Below are positions 37,250 through 46,792 of a DNA stretch of 54,744 nucleotides, one piece after another. The stretch covers positions 1 through 54,744 of the IMG/VR virus record IMGVR_UViG_3300027996_000045; one strand, given 5' to 3'. How positions within the stretch are numbered: position 1 is the stretch's first letter; every line of letters starts with the position of its first letter. The translations under genes and the position numbers were made by a program. Source of the DNA: a virus. Its lineage: Duplodnaviria > Caudoviricetes. The notes below the pieces were generated by a model. That model was not told the origin of the DNA, did not search any database, and was given only the letters and a program-made list of their open reading frames with translations.

Positions 37250-37717
37250 GTGACGTATATCGTTCAAGCAGACTTGGAGGCGCGCATTAGCGCGGAAGCC
37301 GTGAGGCAGATCCTCGATGATGACTTGGACGGCACTCCTGACGCGAACGCCCTAACCCGCGTAATTTCCGACGCAGAAAGCTACGTGGAGAGCTTTCTGC
37401 GCGGGAACTACGATCTTGAGTATGTACGGTCTCTTGGGGTAACTGTCCCCAACGAGGTCAAGAGACTTTGCCTTGACGTAGCCACCTCTTACTTGTGGGA
37501 ACGATTCCCAGAGTATGTACGAGCAGACGGCTACAAGTTGATGTCGAGAGCCAAGTCTGATTTGATGGAGCTTCGCGAGAGCAGTCGAAGGCTAGACGCT
37601 ATCGACAGGCCTGAGCCTCCAGCTAACCAACGTCACGTCGTCAATACGGGTGACCCCAACAATCCACAGATCGAAGGTAAGTTCTTCCTCGATCCAGATG
37701 ACTTTGGAATTTACTAA
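37250..37717 (+). CDS. Head-tail connector (Mu gp36/DUF1320-like)
   Basis: Y....DL..R, I.DAE.YV.S.L...Y, LCLDVA. Confidence 0.8.
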   Translation: MTYIVQADLEARISAEAVRQILDDDLDGTPDANALTRVISDAESYVESFLRGNYDLEYVRSLGVTVPNEVKRLCLDVATSYLWERFPEYVRADGYKLMSRAKSDLMELRESSRRLDAIDRPEPPANQRHVVNTGDPNNPQIEGKFFLDPDDFGIY

Positions 37718-37968
37718 TGAACCCGATTGGAAGAGGCACAGTCCCATTTTACAGCGAAGCGGTTGCAGTCACCCCCGACGACGGAGCTGACATTGCACCC
37801 ACGCTAGCTGTTCAGCTTGGAACCGGCGGCGACCTAACGGTCGACATGGTGGGCATTGGGACGAACGTGACCCTCTCCGACCTTCCAGCCGGCATCCATA
37901 AACTAGCAGTAACACGAGTCTACGCGACGAATACCTCTGCTGCAGCCATCGTGGCTTTGCGTGCCTAG
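37717..37968 (+). CDS. Head spike base-like protein (RcGTA Rcc01079-like)
   Basis: AVTPDD..D...GGDL.V.M...V.RVYAT.T.A..IVAL. Confidence 0.65.
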   Translation: MNPIGRGTVPFYSEAVAVTPDDGADIAPTLAVQLGTGGDLTVDMVGIGTNVTLSDLPAGIHKLAVTRVYATNTSAAAIVALRA

Positions 37969-38749
37969 TCAAACGAGTTCGGTAGGTGGCTTAACCATCC
38001 CGGTTCCTGCGGAGCCGGTAGGGACTAAGTTTGCCGACCCAGCCGTTGAGTACATTCTGGACTTTGCATCGTTCTTTATAAAAGACGCTCTTGATGCTCG
38101 CCTGGCGACAATTCGACCAGCTGGTTTAACTGTAGATGCGGTGCCTGTTCAGAACAGGTTCACCTTCGACCCGATGGAGCCGCAGGGTGTAAACAAGAAG
38201 CTCCCGTTGCCTTGTTTGTTTGTCTACTGGACGGGCAAGTCGGAGCGAATCATTCACTCAAGCCTTCTTCAGTACCGCAAAAGAACATTGGGTCTGATGT
38301 ATGCCTACGAGGAGCTTCCTAGCTTTGCTTCTTTGGACGAAAGGCGAGGCTGGAGCAACGCGGTTGACGCGGCTCTTCATAAGATGAGCGAGAGGCAGCT
38401 CCACCCAGACTACACTCCACCTGGAGGAAGCCCAGGCATGTCTCTTTACCAAGCACTTGCGCCCCTTGGCGTTATCTGCTGGAAGTACCTAGGAGGACAG
38501 TCTGGTCGCTTTGGGATCGACCAGGGACCCAACGCGGCTCGTGCCGCTAAAAAGCGCTCAGGTCGCGACTGGCCGGCTGTCATGGGCATGTTCGAGGTGA
38601 CTGAGAGGATTCAGCAGGAGACTATGGTTGACCCAGACGACGTCACCACCGATATTGCGATGGGCATCTACGGTGGCAGCGAGAGCGACCAGACCCAAAA
38701 GATTATGGACCGCTTCTTGCCGGCTCCAGATGGCACGGAAGAGTTGTAA
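37961..38749 (+). CDS. Putative neck/tail-completion protein
   Basis: Position between connector and sheath. Confidence 0.5.
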   Translation: MPSQTSSVGGLTIPVPAEPVGTKFADPAVEYILDFASFFIKDALDARLATIRPAGLTVDAVPVQNRFTFDPMEPQGVNKKLPLPCLFVYWTGKSERIIHSSLLQYRKRTLGLMYAYEELPSFASLDERRGWSNAVDAALHKMSERQLHPDYTPPGGSPGMSLYQALAPLGVICWKYLGGQSGRFGIDQGPNAARAAKKRSGRDWPAVMGMFEVTERIQQETMVDPDDVTTDIAMGIYGGSESDQTQKIMDRFLPAPDGTEEL

Positions 38750-39264
38750 TGGCAAACCCAAGAAGAGCTGCAACAGTCAGGACAAGCATTGCCGCGATGG
38801 AAGCGGACTTTGGTCCTAAGATTACGCACTACAACTCTCCGCTCGACAAGCCTCGGTTGTACCGATGGTCTGTTGGGGCGACAGACACCATCGACAATGT
38901 GGCAGTCCTTGGTCATAACGGCGGCACGCCTGGTCGCTGGTTCTTGGTACGAGACAGCATTAAGGGCGCAGACCTAACTGACGCGGACGAGACGCTCACC
39001 GTTGGTGGGAACTTCTTCCGAGTCCTCCCGGCTGCGACTCCCCTTACGGCCCCCCGCACGATGACGATAAGCGCATCGAACGCTGCAGCCGGTGACATCA
39101 TCCACATCCTTCGGCAGGGTCTCGGAGCTTTTGCCATGGTGATCGACAACGGTGGCCCTGCAGTTGGTACGGTGTTCACTCTTCCTGCCTCACAGTCTTG
39201 GTGGGCGAGGGTGTACTTTGACGGAGCAAACTGGATCGCGCACAGCGCGGGTCAGCTTCCATAG
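38749..39264 (+). CDS. Small fibre/spike-like virion protein
   Basis: D...V.....GRW motif; ends with a YFDGANW fibre-tip pattern. Confidence 0.5.
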   Translation: MANPRRAATVRTSIAAMEADFGPKITHYNSPLDKPRLYRWSVGATDTIDNVAVLGHNGGTPGRWFLVRDSIKGADLTDADETLTVGGNFFRVLPAATPLTAPRTMTISASNAAAGDIIHILRQGLGAFAMVIDNGGPAVGTVFTLPASQSWWARVYFDGANWIAHSAGQLP

Positions 39265-39272
39265 GAGAGAAC

Positions 39273-39578
39273 ATGAAAAGATTTATGGTGCTTGAAGGCA
39301 TCGACAAGGTTTTGGTGCCGGACCCGTTCGCTGAAGATCCGCATCGTATGATTGGCCAGCAACGAAAGAGCTTGGAAGACCGCAAGGGCAAAGCCCGAAG
39401 CGAGCAGTACAAGACGATCAAGCGCGTATATCCATGGCATGCATATCTCGTTAAAAACGTGATGAAAGGCTGCCTCAAACAACATGGTAAAGCCTTCGTG
39501 GCTGAGTCACTGGAACAAGCAATGAAAAAACTACAGGACAAACCGTCCCGTTCAACCAAGTCTAAGGGAGGTGAATGA
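39273..39578 (+). CDS. Small basic protein preceding the sheath
   Basis: AGGAG RBS; position resembles Mu gp38. Confidence 0.55.
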   Translation: MKRFMVLEGIDKVLVPDPFAEDPHRMIGQQRKSLEDRKGKARSEQYKTIKRVYPWHAYLVKNVMKGCLKQHGKAFVAESLEQAMKKLQDKPSRSTKSKGGE

Positions 39579-41152
39579 TGGCTCTTACAGGCATCGATCC
39601 GTTCGACCCGACGCCAGCAACCCGGCGTGAACTTATTTTCGGCGCAGGCCTCTCAAGTACGGGACCTGACCGCCAAGTTCTTCTTTACGGCAACAAGCAA
39701 GCAACAGGTAGCGAGACTCTCGACACCCTAAGCGACACGCCGATTGCAGACGACTCGGACGCAATTGCCCGCTTCGGTGAGCGCAGCGAGCTGTACAACA
39801 TGTACCGCAAGTATGTCGCCATCGACTCCGGCGCGACCATCTTTGGCATCGCGGTGACTGAGTCAGGTGGCAGTGCAGCTACTTGCGAGCTGACTTTTGT
39901 CGGCGGCGCTACAGCAGCAAGCACTCTTGAGGTGTTCATCACTGGAGTCAAAGTGTCGGTGCCCATCTCGGCAGGCGACACCGTCTCTCAGATTGCCACT
40001 GCAACCGCAGATGCCATCAACAGCGGCGATGACGGCAAGCTGATGGTCACAGCATTAGCAGCTCTCGGTGTTGTCACCATCACGCACATCCACCCCGGAC
40101 CTCGCGGCGACTTCGTCATTGGAGACGCTCCAGCGACTTTTGGCATCCGAGCAAGTTTCACCAAAGACGCTACGACAACGGTGACCAAAGGTGCTGTCGT
40201 AGCTGGCGTCACCGACGACATCGCTACCGATGCTATCCAAAGCGCGATGAACAGTGAGATTTATTATCACGTTGTACCGTGGAGCACCAACGACGGCGCA
40301 GGCGGTGTCGGTCCTAACTATGTTATCGGAGATTCTGACGAGCACATCGGAGAGCTGAAGTTTAACATTCTGCAGCAGAACCTTCCGATCAACGGCAAAG
40401 AGCAAACCTTGACTATGGGCCACATCGGTACCGTGGCAGCAGTCAGAAGTGTAGGCATCAAGCTAAACAGCGTGTTTGCATTCTGTTTCCACTCAGAGGG
40501 CAACGACCTGACGCCAGGTATGCTTGCAGCGCACAACGCAGCGGTTGTTCGCAGTCAGCAAATCACTCAGCCTGCAGCTAACTTCGCTGGTTATACGCAG
40601 ACTGACAACACGCTCTACAGCATCCCGGCTCCATTCACCATTGGCAACCGACCGACCTCGACTGAGATTCGTCTGTTGCTGAACAATGGTATCTGCCCGA
40701 TTGCCTTCCGCCCGAATGGCACCCCTTACCTGGTGCGGTTCATCACCTCAAGCAACGAGAACTCGTCTGGCAATAAAGACTACCGAGCTCGCCCCGGTCA
40801 CGTCACGAGTGTCGTTTCGTTTGCATGGGGTCAGGTAAAGCAGCGTTGGGAGCAAACCAAGCAACCGTTCGTTTCTGAGGACCCTGTTGAGGGACAGAAG
40901 CCAACCGCCAGGACGACCACGCCGCTTCGTATCAACGCTCTTATTAAGAGCGTCATCGACGACCTTGTATCCAGCAAGCCGCTCGGTGTTTACGACGGAC
41001 CAATCTTGGCGCCCGACAAGATTGAACAAATGAAGAACAGCGTTGTTGTCAGCAAGTTTACGGCTGGCATTAGCGCCCAGGTGGACTTCGTAGCCGTTGA
41101 GCACCTGTACAAAGGCGAGTTTACTATTCGCGAGACTGGTGAGGCTTACTAA
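39575..41152 (+). CDS. Tail sheath protein
   Basis: A..RFG..SEL..M and E...LLNNGI.PI motifs of Mu gpL-like sheaths. Confidence 0.85.
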   Translation: MMALTGIDPFDPTPATRRELIFGAGLSSTGPDRQVLLYGNKQATGSETLDTLSDTPIADDSDAIARFGERSELYNMYRKYVAIDSGATIFGIAVTESGGSAATCELTFVGGATAASTLEVFITGVKVSVPISAGDTVSQIATATADAINSGDDGKLMVTALAALGVVTITHIHPGPRGDFVIGDAPATFGIRASFTKDATTTVTKGAVVAGVTDDIATDAIQSAMNSEIYYHVVPWSTNDGAGGVGPNYVIGDSDEHIGELKFNILQQNLPINGKEQTLTMGHIGTVAAVRSVGIKLNSVFAFCFHSEGNDLTPGMLAAHNAAVVRSQQITQPAANFAGYTQTDNTLYSIPAPFTIGNRPTSTEIRLLLNNGICPIAFRPNGTPYLVRFITSSNENSSGNKDYRARPGHVTSVVSFAWGQVKQRWEQTKQPFVSEDPVEGQKPTARTTTPLRINALIKSVIDDLVSSKPLGVYDGPILAPDKIEQMKNSVVVSKFTAGISAQVDFVAVEHLYKGEFTIRETGEAY

Positions 41153-41523
41153 TGGCTCTATACAGAGAAATCTTCCTGTTTGCCAACGGCATCCTCTTGG
41201 CCGAGAACACAACGGTCGAGACGGCGCTCGAGGCAGACATTCAGGATGTTACGACCACGGTCAAGAACTGGGCTGGCATCACGCCCGCTCCTATTGTTCG
41301 CACCATCACCGCGTCCAACGTTGTTCCGTTGCCTGGCGTGGAGTTCGACTTTGAAGAAAAGATGCTTTTCTCAGAGGAGGTCGAGATGATGATGCAAGAG
41401 GGCGGCAGCGGCAAAAAGTGTGTGTCGAAGGGCTACATTGTCAACGTGCCTCGAAGCGCTGGTGTGGGAGCTACCACTACCATCAGCTTCACGTTCCGGG
41501 GAACACCTAGCAAGTTCGAGTAA
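41152..41523 (+). CDS. Tail tube protein 1
   Basis: Follows the sheath; ~120 aa beta protein ending ISFTFRG. Confidence 0.75.
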   Translation: MALYREIFLFANGILLAENTTVETALEADIQDVTTTVKNWAGITPAPIVRTITASNVVPLPGVEFDFEEKMLFSEEVEMMMQEGGSGKKCVSKGYIVNVPRSAGVGATTTISFTFRGTPSKFE

Positions 41524-41913
41524 ATGCCTCTCTATAACCAGGCGTATGTTTACATTGATGGGCAGCTTTTGGCTGAGAACACCACTGTTGCTACGCACAT
41601 GGAGAGGTCTTCTACCGACATATTCTCAATCACCGGCAACTACGAGGGGCAAGACGTTGGTCCTTTCATTCGCATAATCGAAGCGACCAACGTCTTCCCT
41701 GCTGCCGGCGGAGACATCAACTACGAGAAGCTGATGTTCGACAACACAACGATTGAGATGATGATAACAGATGCTGGCACTGATCAGTTGTTTGAGACCG
41801 GCGGAACAGTCGTGTCGACAGGACGAATTGTGAGTGTTACGCGGTCGGCTGGTGTAGGAAAAAACTACTCTATCAGTTTTACCTTTAAGGGGTCCGCATC
41901 GTCTTTTGAGTGA
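41524..41913 (+). CDS. Tail tube paralogue 2
   Basis: Shares LLAENTTV, RSAGVG and ISFTF.G..S.FE with tube 1. Confidence 0.7.
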   Translation: MPLYNQAYVYIDGQLLAENTTVATHMERSSTDIFSITGNYEGQDVGPFIRIIEATNVFPAAGGDINYEKLMFDNTTIEMMITDAGTDQLFETGGTVVSTGRIVSVTRSAGVGKNYSISFTFKGSASSFE

Positions 41914-42511
41914 CGTCACTAGACAGCCGCCTGAAGACATACCTCCAGAAAAACTGTTCAGGCTGATAACTCGGAGGCCGTATCCTGTTGCTCCAATAGG
42001 AGTCAGGATACGAGGAGCGGAGAGCATTGCCTTGAGCGTCAGGGCAATAACTTGGTCGGAAGAAGTGGAGGTAAGAGACTTCTGCTCAGAAAAAGAAAAC
42101 TCTCTAGCCCTTGCCTACATAAGCAAATGCCTAATGGCAGATGGAGAGCAAGCGTTCTCGTCTTACGAAGAAGCATCCATGCTGAACGAGAGTGAGATAT
42201 CTAGGCTAGAGCCAGATGTTGTCAATGCTCTTTCAAGAATATGCCCTTCGTTCTTCAGGAGTGATTGCGAAGCGTGGCTGTCAGCTCTTTACGCTGGAGC
42301 AAAAGACTTCTCTAATATCCACGCTGTTTTACTTGCTTCGTCTTGTCTTGAAGATGGCATGTCGGGTTCAGCAACAAGGCCAGACAGATTTTACGGCATG
42401 CCTTTGCTTGAATTGACCGAGGGTCATGTATTAGCATTTCGCTCAGCATGCAAAGTTATATGGGAGGCTCGCGATGAGCACCGTGAGCGGTCAAAAACAA
42501 AACGACGTTAA
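41906..42511 (+). CDS. Putative tail assembly chaperone
   Basis: Position between tube and tape measure. Confidence 0.5.
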   Translation: MSDVTRQPPEDIPPEKLFRLITRRPYPVAPIGVRIRGAESIALSVRAITWSEEVEVRDFCSEKENSLALAYISKCLMADGEQAFSSYEEASMLNESEISRLEPDVVNALSRICPSFFRSDCEAWLSALYAGAKDFSNIHAVLLASSCLEDGMSGSATRPDRFYGMPLLELTEGHVLAFRSACKVIWEARDEHRERSKTKRR

Positions 42512-43142
42512 GAGCAAACTAGCCCTGGCCATCGAGTCTCGACCGCGCATTGCGCACGAGTTCGAGGTTCAGGGCTTTTTCGGTTTGGGCGAAAGCCCAA
42601 TTATGAAAGTTGCTGTTTGGGTCAATGTTAAGTCTGAGCAAGACTCTGCTCTTGCTTCTGCTTACCAGGTGGTTGACCGTCTAACTTTAGAAAGCAAGCG
42701 AGCCGCCGATGATGAAGATATTTTGGTGGATGCCAAGACCACTCAGATTTTGTTCAAGGCGTGCCGCAGAGCTGAAGAAGGTGACAAGGGATCTGGCTAC
42801 AAGTACCCAGCTTTTCCTTCGCCTGAGTGGATGCGTCAGAACCTGACGACAGACCAGCTGGGCGTTCTTCTTAATCTTTACCATGAGGTTAGGCGTCGAG
42901 AGGCCCCAGTTACTTGGGAGATATCGAATGAGTCTGTCTTGTCTCTTTACGCAATCTGCTCAGACTACAGCCAATCAGAGATGGCTACGACTCTGCTTTC
43001 TGTCCAAAGCAGGGAGTGGCTTCAGCAGGCATTCATATTACTAAGTCAAATTCACGCGGAAAAACTCGATGATAAAAGTCAGCTTGACAAGCCTGGAGAC
43101 GGAGCACCTGAAGTGGAAGAAGAGGTTGAGCGAGACGACTGA
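42474..43142 (+). CDS. Putative tail assembly chaperone
   Basis: GGGAGG RBS; position. Confidence 0.5.
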   Translation: MSTVSGQKQNDVKSKLALAIESRPRIAHEFEVQGFFGLGESPIMKVAVWVNVKSEQDSALASAYQVVDRLTLESKRAADDEDILVDAKTTQILFKACRRAEEGDKGSGYKYPAFPSPEWMRQNLTTDQLGVLLNLYHEVRRREAPVTWEISNESVLSLYAICSDYSQSEMATTLLSVQSREWLQQAFILLSQIHAEKLDDKSQLDKPGDGAPEVEEEVERDD

Positions 43143-43443
43143 GATCATGCAGGAGGAAGTTGACAGAGCAGCCGCAGGCAACGCGATAAACCACTCATTC
43201 GAAAACTATACCTATCGCCTTCAGAGTTCTCTTCGTGCAGAGGTGATATCTGATTCACCCAACGAATCTCAAGTTGACCTTATAATGGGCGCAACCGACG
43301 ACTGGTCAGAAGAAAAGAAAAACACAAGCTCTAAGTACGCGAAAATAGTTTACGACAACGGAAGAAACCCACAGTTCGACGGCAACGCTGAGGCGGCTTC
43401 GGAGAAAATACTAGAATCCTTTAATCGACCAGTTTCTGAATAA
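43069..43443 (+). CDS. Hypothetical (neck-like) protein
   Basis: TAATG-coupled to the tape measure gene. Confidence 0.45.
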   Translation: MIKVSLTSLETEHLKWKKRLSETTEIMQEEVDRAAAGNAINHSFENYTYRLQSSLRAEVISDSPNESQVDLIMGATDDWSEEKKNTSSKYAKIVYDNGRNPQFDGNAEAASEKILESFNRPVSE

Positions 43444-45842
43444 TGCCTGAGATTAGATACACATTTACCGCTTCAGACGCAAACACGGTTGTTGCGGCTT
43501 TTAACAGCATTGAGCAGGCTGCAAAAAAGTCGACTCGTGCTGTTATAGATCAGGGTAAAGCGAATGCGAAGGCGACTAAGGGACCCGCTGGCGGACAGAA
43601 TACGAGTTCCCAGAAGACGAGGGATGCAAAAAGGGCCGCAGCTAATCGACATAGAGAAGAGATAAGACAAGCTAAAGCTGCCGCAAAAGAGCTTGAGAAT
43701 ATTGCGAAAAAAAAAGCAAGGACCGAAGAGAGAATTCACAAAGGCCACTTGCGCCGAAAGCTAAGGGCTGTAGACCGCCACATTGCTGACAGAAAAAGAG
43801 CAGAGAAAAAAGCTCAGCAAGACGCCATAAGAGCTGAGCGAGACGCTCAAAGAGCCTCGGACAGAATAAGAAGAGGGCGCCGCCGAATGATGATGCGCGC
43901 CGGCGGATACGTTGGCCGAGGCATAATGAGGGCGGGCCGATACGCAGCGACTGCAGCGCTTGGGGTAGCCGCTGCTTCTGCCAGAGAGGGCGTATCTTTA
44001 GAGAACCAAGCTCAAAGGCTAGCCATTAAAGGTCAGACCGGTGTCCTAAAAGGCCAAAGGCTTACCGGCAAAGATCTTGAAAGAAACGCAAGAGGCGTCG
44101 CAGCCTTAACCCCAGGTGTCAAAGCCTCAGGGGTGCTAGAGGGAATGGGCTCATTTGTCCAGAAAGTAGGACGAGTAGATGTTGCCAAAGACTTCTCAGG
44201 CTTGATGGCCAAAGTCTCGATGGCAACCGGAGCCTCAATGAGAGACATCGGCTCCTCGATGGCAGACATGTTTCAGAAGTTCGACGTTAAAACCGTGGAC
44301 GACATGGCAAACGTCATGGCTACATTGAATGTCCAGGGCAAGAAAGGTGCATTCGAGCTTTCTGACATGGCGAAGTACCTTCCCAAGATAGCTGCTGCGG
44401 GAAAAGTTTTTGGTGTCGAGGGCGCCCAAGGAGCAAAGACGCTAGGTGGAGTTCTTCAGCTGATCAGAACGGGCACAGGAACAGGAGCAGAAGCTGGAAC
44501 CGCCGCTGTCAACCTCATGGAAGAGATGAGCATGAAGCGAGGGAACATTAAAAAAGCTACTGGGCGCGAAGTTAACAACGACATTGTTGAGAATATTGTC
44601 TCAATTGCTCAAGCAACGGGTGGCACAACACAAGGCCTAGACCAGTTCAAGTTCCAAAAGAGGGCTCGTCGAGCGATGAACCCATTTGTTGCGATGTTCA
44701 GGGACTTCAAAAAAGAATCAGGAAGCGCTGCAAAAGCGACCAAGATGCTCCGAGAAGCCATCATGAACGCCGTCCGGGCGAAAGGGGCAGAGGAGGAGAT
44801 GGATAAGGATGCACAAAGAGCATCAAAAACCACTCAGTCTCAGATGACTCATGCTTGGAATTCAATATCTGCCAGCTTAAACGAGTCTCTTATGCCAGCG
44901 GTTTTAAGCGTTGCAAAAACGCTCTCTAGTGTAGCCGGCAACACGAACTTGTTCGAGCAGCTAGGGACAGCAATAAGCAACGTAATAAAGCTTTTTGGGT
45001 GGCTAGTTAAGACGTTTGGGTCGGATGAGCTGAACAATGAGGTCAAGAGAAACAAAGCCCGTGTCGAAGAAGAGCAGCTAGCAGGCAAGAGCAAAGCGCT
45101 AAAAAAAGCCATGGACGAGGCCGACAAGGGAGAAGACCCAATTGCAAAAAACTGGACAAGGCGAAAGTTTGAAGAAAACGAAGCCAAAAGAAATAAGGCA
45201 GCAAACGTATTCTCAAAAATAGAGACTGGAGGAAGCAGGAACCTTGGCAAGGAGGCTTTCGTAAATAAAGTTGCTGGCATATACGCAAAAGGCCGACTTG
45301 AGCAAGAGGGCTTTGCCATGGACTCAGAAGCTGGCAAGATAATGTATAAAAGATATTATGATCAAGGAGTGGGTAGAGCAGGAAGCGCTTTTGAACAGGT
45401 TAAAAACAAGGAAACTCTTTCAGAGGACCCATTCGATTTTCTAGAAATGCCTTCCTACCGAGGCAACACACAGGCTGGTCACATCGGTGAGAAAGCGGCT
45501 CTTTTTGGGAGCGAAACCGCCTTCTCCTCCGAACTTAGACGCACTGTCCCCGGCATGACTCACCCTTTATCACAAAAAAGTGAAGTAAAAATAGAAGACG
45601 CTATTAGGGAGCTTCTCATTACCCAAAGGGCCAGTGAAACGCTGGGTGGAGAAGAGGGCTCAAAGTCAAGAGAGGCGATGGGTGGAGTAAAAGAGCTTAG
45701 GTCTTTTGTCCCTGGACTAATAACAACGCTTGGGAGCCTTGATAGCGCGGTCAGTACAACGGCGGCAAAGATCAAAGAAGCAGCGGGCGGTCTCAAGCCA
45801 GCGGGGAGCGTGGCTCCTGGCGCAGCGAAAGTGGTTCCGTAG
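43443..45842 (+). CDS. Tape measure protein
   Basis: Long A/K/G-rich helical ORF with a GK.GAFEL.DMA..LP motif. Confidence 0.85.
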   Translation: MPEIRYTFTASDANTVVAAFNSIEQAAKKSTRAVIDQGKANAKATKGPAGGQNTSSQKTRDAKRAAANRHREEIRQAKAAAKELENIAKKKARTEERIHKGHLRRKLRAVDRHIADRKRAEKKAQQDAIRAERDAQRASDRIRRGRRRMMMRAGGYVGRGIMRAGRYAATAALGVAAASAREGVSLENQAQRLAIKGQTGVLKGQRLTGKDLERNARGVAALTPGVKASGVLEGMGSFVQKVGRVDVAKDFSGLMAKVSMATGASMRDIGSSMADMFQKFDVKTVDDMANVMATLNVQGKKGAFELSDMAKYLPKIAAAGKVFGVEGAQGAKTLGGVLQLIRTGTGTGAEAGTAAVNLMEEMSMKRGNIKKATGREVNNDIVENIVSIAQATGGTTQGLDQFKFQKRARRAMNPFVAMFRDFKKESGSAAKATKMLREAIMNAVRAKGAEEEMDKDAQRASKTTQSQMTHAWNSISASLNESLMPAVLSVAKTLSSVAGNTNLFEQLGTAISNVIKLFGWLVKTFGSDELNNEVKRNKARVEEEQLAGKSKALKKAMDEADKGEDPIAKNWTRRKFEENEAKRNKAANVFSKIETGGSRNLGKEAFVNKVAGIYAKGRLEQEGFAMDSEAGKIMYKRYYDQGVGRAGSAFEQVKNKETLSEDPFDFLEMPSYRGNTQAGHIGEKAALFGSETAFSSELRRTVPGMTHPLSQKSEVKIEDAIRELLITQRASETLGGEEGSKSREAMGGVKELRSFVPGLITTLGSLDSAVSTTAAKIKEAAGGLKPAGSVAPGAAKVVP

Positions 45843-45844
45843 CA

Positions 45845-46792
45845 ATGCCTGTTTCTCAGCCAGTTACTCCGTTTAACGCACTGCCTAGTCTTGAGGAGTT
45901 CTCTTGGAGAGGCCTTTTGGCACCTCCCTACGACAACGTGTCTTTAAGCGGTGGCTACAACCAGTCTGAGAAGGTTTACCCTTACATCGATGGCTCAGGC
46001 CACGACAACGTTGGCGCGTCGTCCATCCCGATGCAGTTCAAGCTTTACTTTTTGAACAGCCTTCGGAAGGACTTATTCCCCGGACTGTTTCTTGATTGGA
46101 AACTTGCCGTCGTAGAAGACGGGACAGTAGGCGACTTAATTCATCCCATAATTGGAAAAGTAAGAGCTGTTCCAGTTAGCTGGGAGATATCAGCTAAAGC
46201 TTCATCGACAAGTGGCGTGGTCATGACTGTTGGGTTTTCAACCACGGTTGAAGACCCTGAAAAAGAACCTGAATTCAATAACGGGATTGTCTTCGTTTCC
46301 GCTCAAGCTGAGCAGGCCCAGAAAGACCTAGAGGCTCTTGAGATAGATTTCCCAAGCATATCCATCGCAGCCCCTTCCACCAACCCGCTAACGATACGCC
46401 ATCCAGAAGCTCCGTTGCCCAATCTCCTTGACTTAATAAAGAGCATAGAAGGTCAGATATTCTCCAACCGTCTAGCCGTCGAAGGTGTACTCAACCAAGC
46501 AGTTGGGATTGTTGATGGCCTTGTAGATGCCGTCGAAAGACTAAACAGCCACCAGGCTTGGGCTGCTGAGGCCAACTTAAAAGGTCTGAGGAACAGCCTG
46601 GTTGACCTTGGTCAAGCGATAGGCACAACCGCTCGAAAGACAGCTGAGTTTATAATACAAACATCTAGCCCATTGGATGTTGTGGCCAGGCTAACAGGAA
46701 ACACTGTTGGTGAGATAATCACTCTGAACCCCAGCAAGCTTAAAAAGCCCTTCGTCTCAGAGGGTGAGTCGGTTAAGTATTTTGTAGAATGA
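45845..46792 (+). CDS. Mu-like DNA circularisation protein homologue
   Basis: YPYIDG...D.VG and G.L.HP..G motifs; LysM-like C-terminus; follows the tape measure. Confidence 0.7.
   Translation: MPVSQPVTPFNALPSLEEFSWRGLLAPPYDNVSLSGGYNQSEKVYPYIDGSGHDNVGASSIPMQFKLYFLNSLRKDLFPGLFLDWKLAVVEDGTVGDLIHPIIGKVRAVPVSWEISAKASSTSGVVMTVGFSTTVEDPEKEPEFNNGIVFVSAQAEQAQKDLEALEIDFPSISIAAPSTNPLTIRHPEAPLPNLLDLIKSIEGQIFSNRLAVEGVLNQAVGIVDGLVDAVERLNSHQAWAAEANLKGLRNSLVDLGQAIGTTARKTAEFIIQTSSPLDVVARLTGNTVGEIITLNPSKLKKPFVSEGESVKYFVE

Noticed and set aside
42474-42511. Programmed -1 frameshift between tail chaperones
   Set aside because: The second ORF is in the +1 frame, has its own GGGAGG RBS and lacks a clear slippery heptamer.
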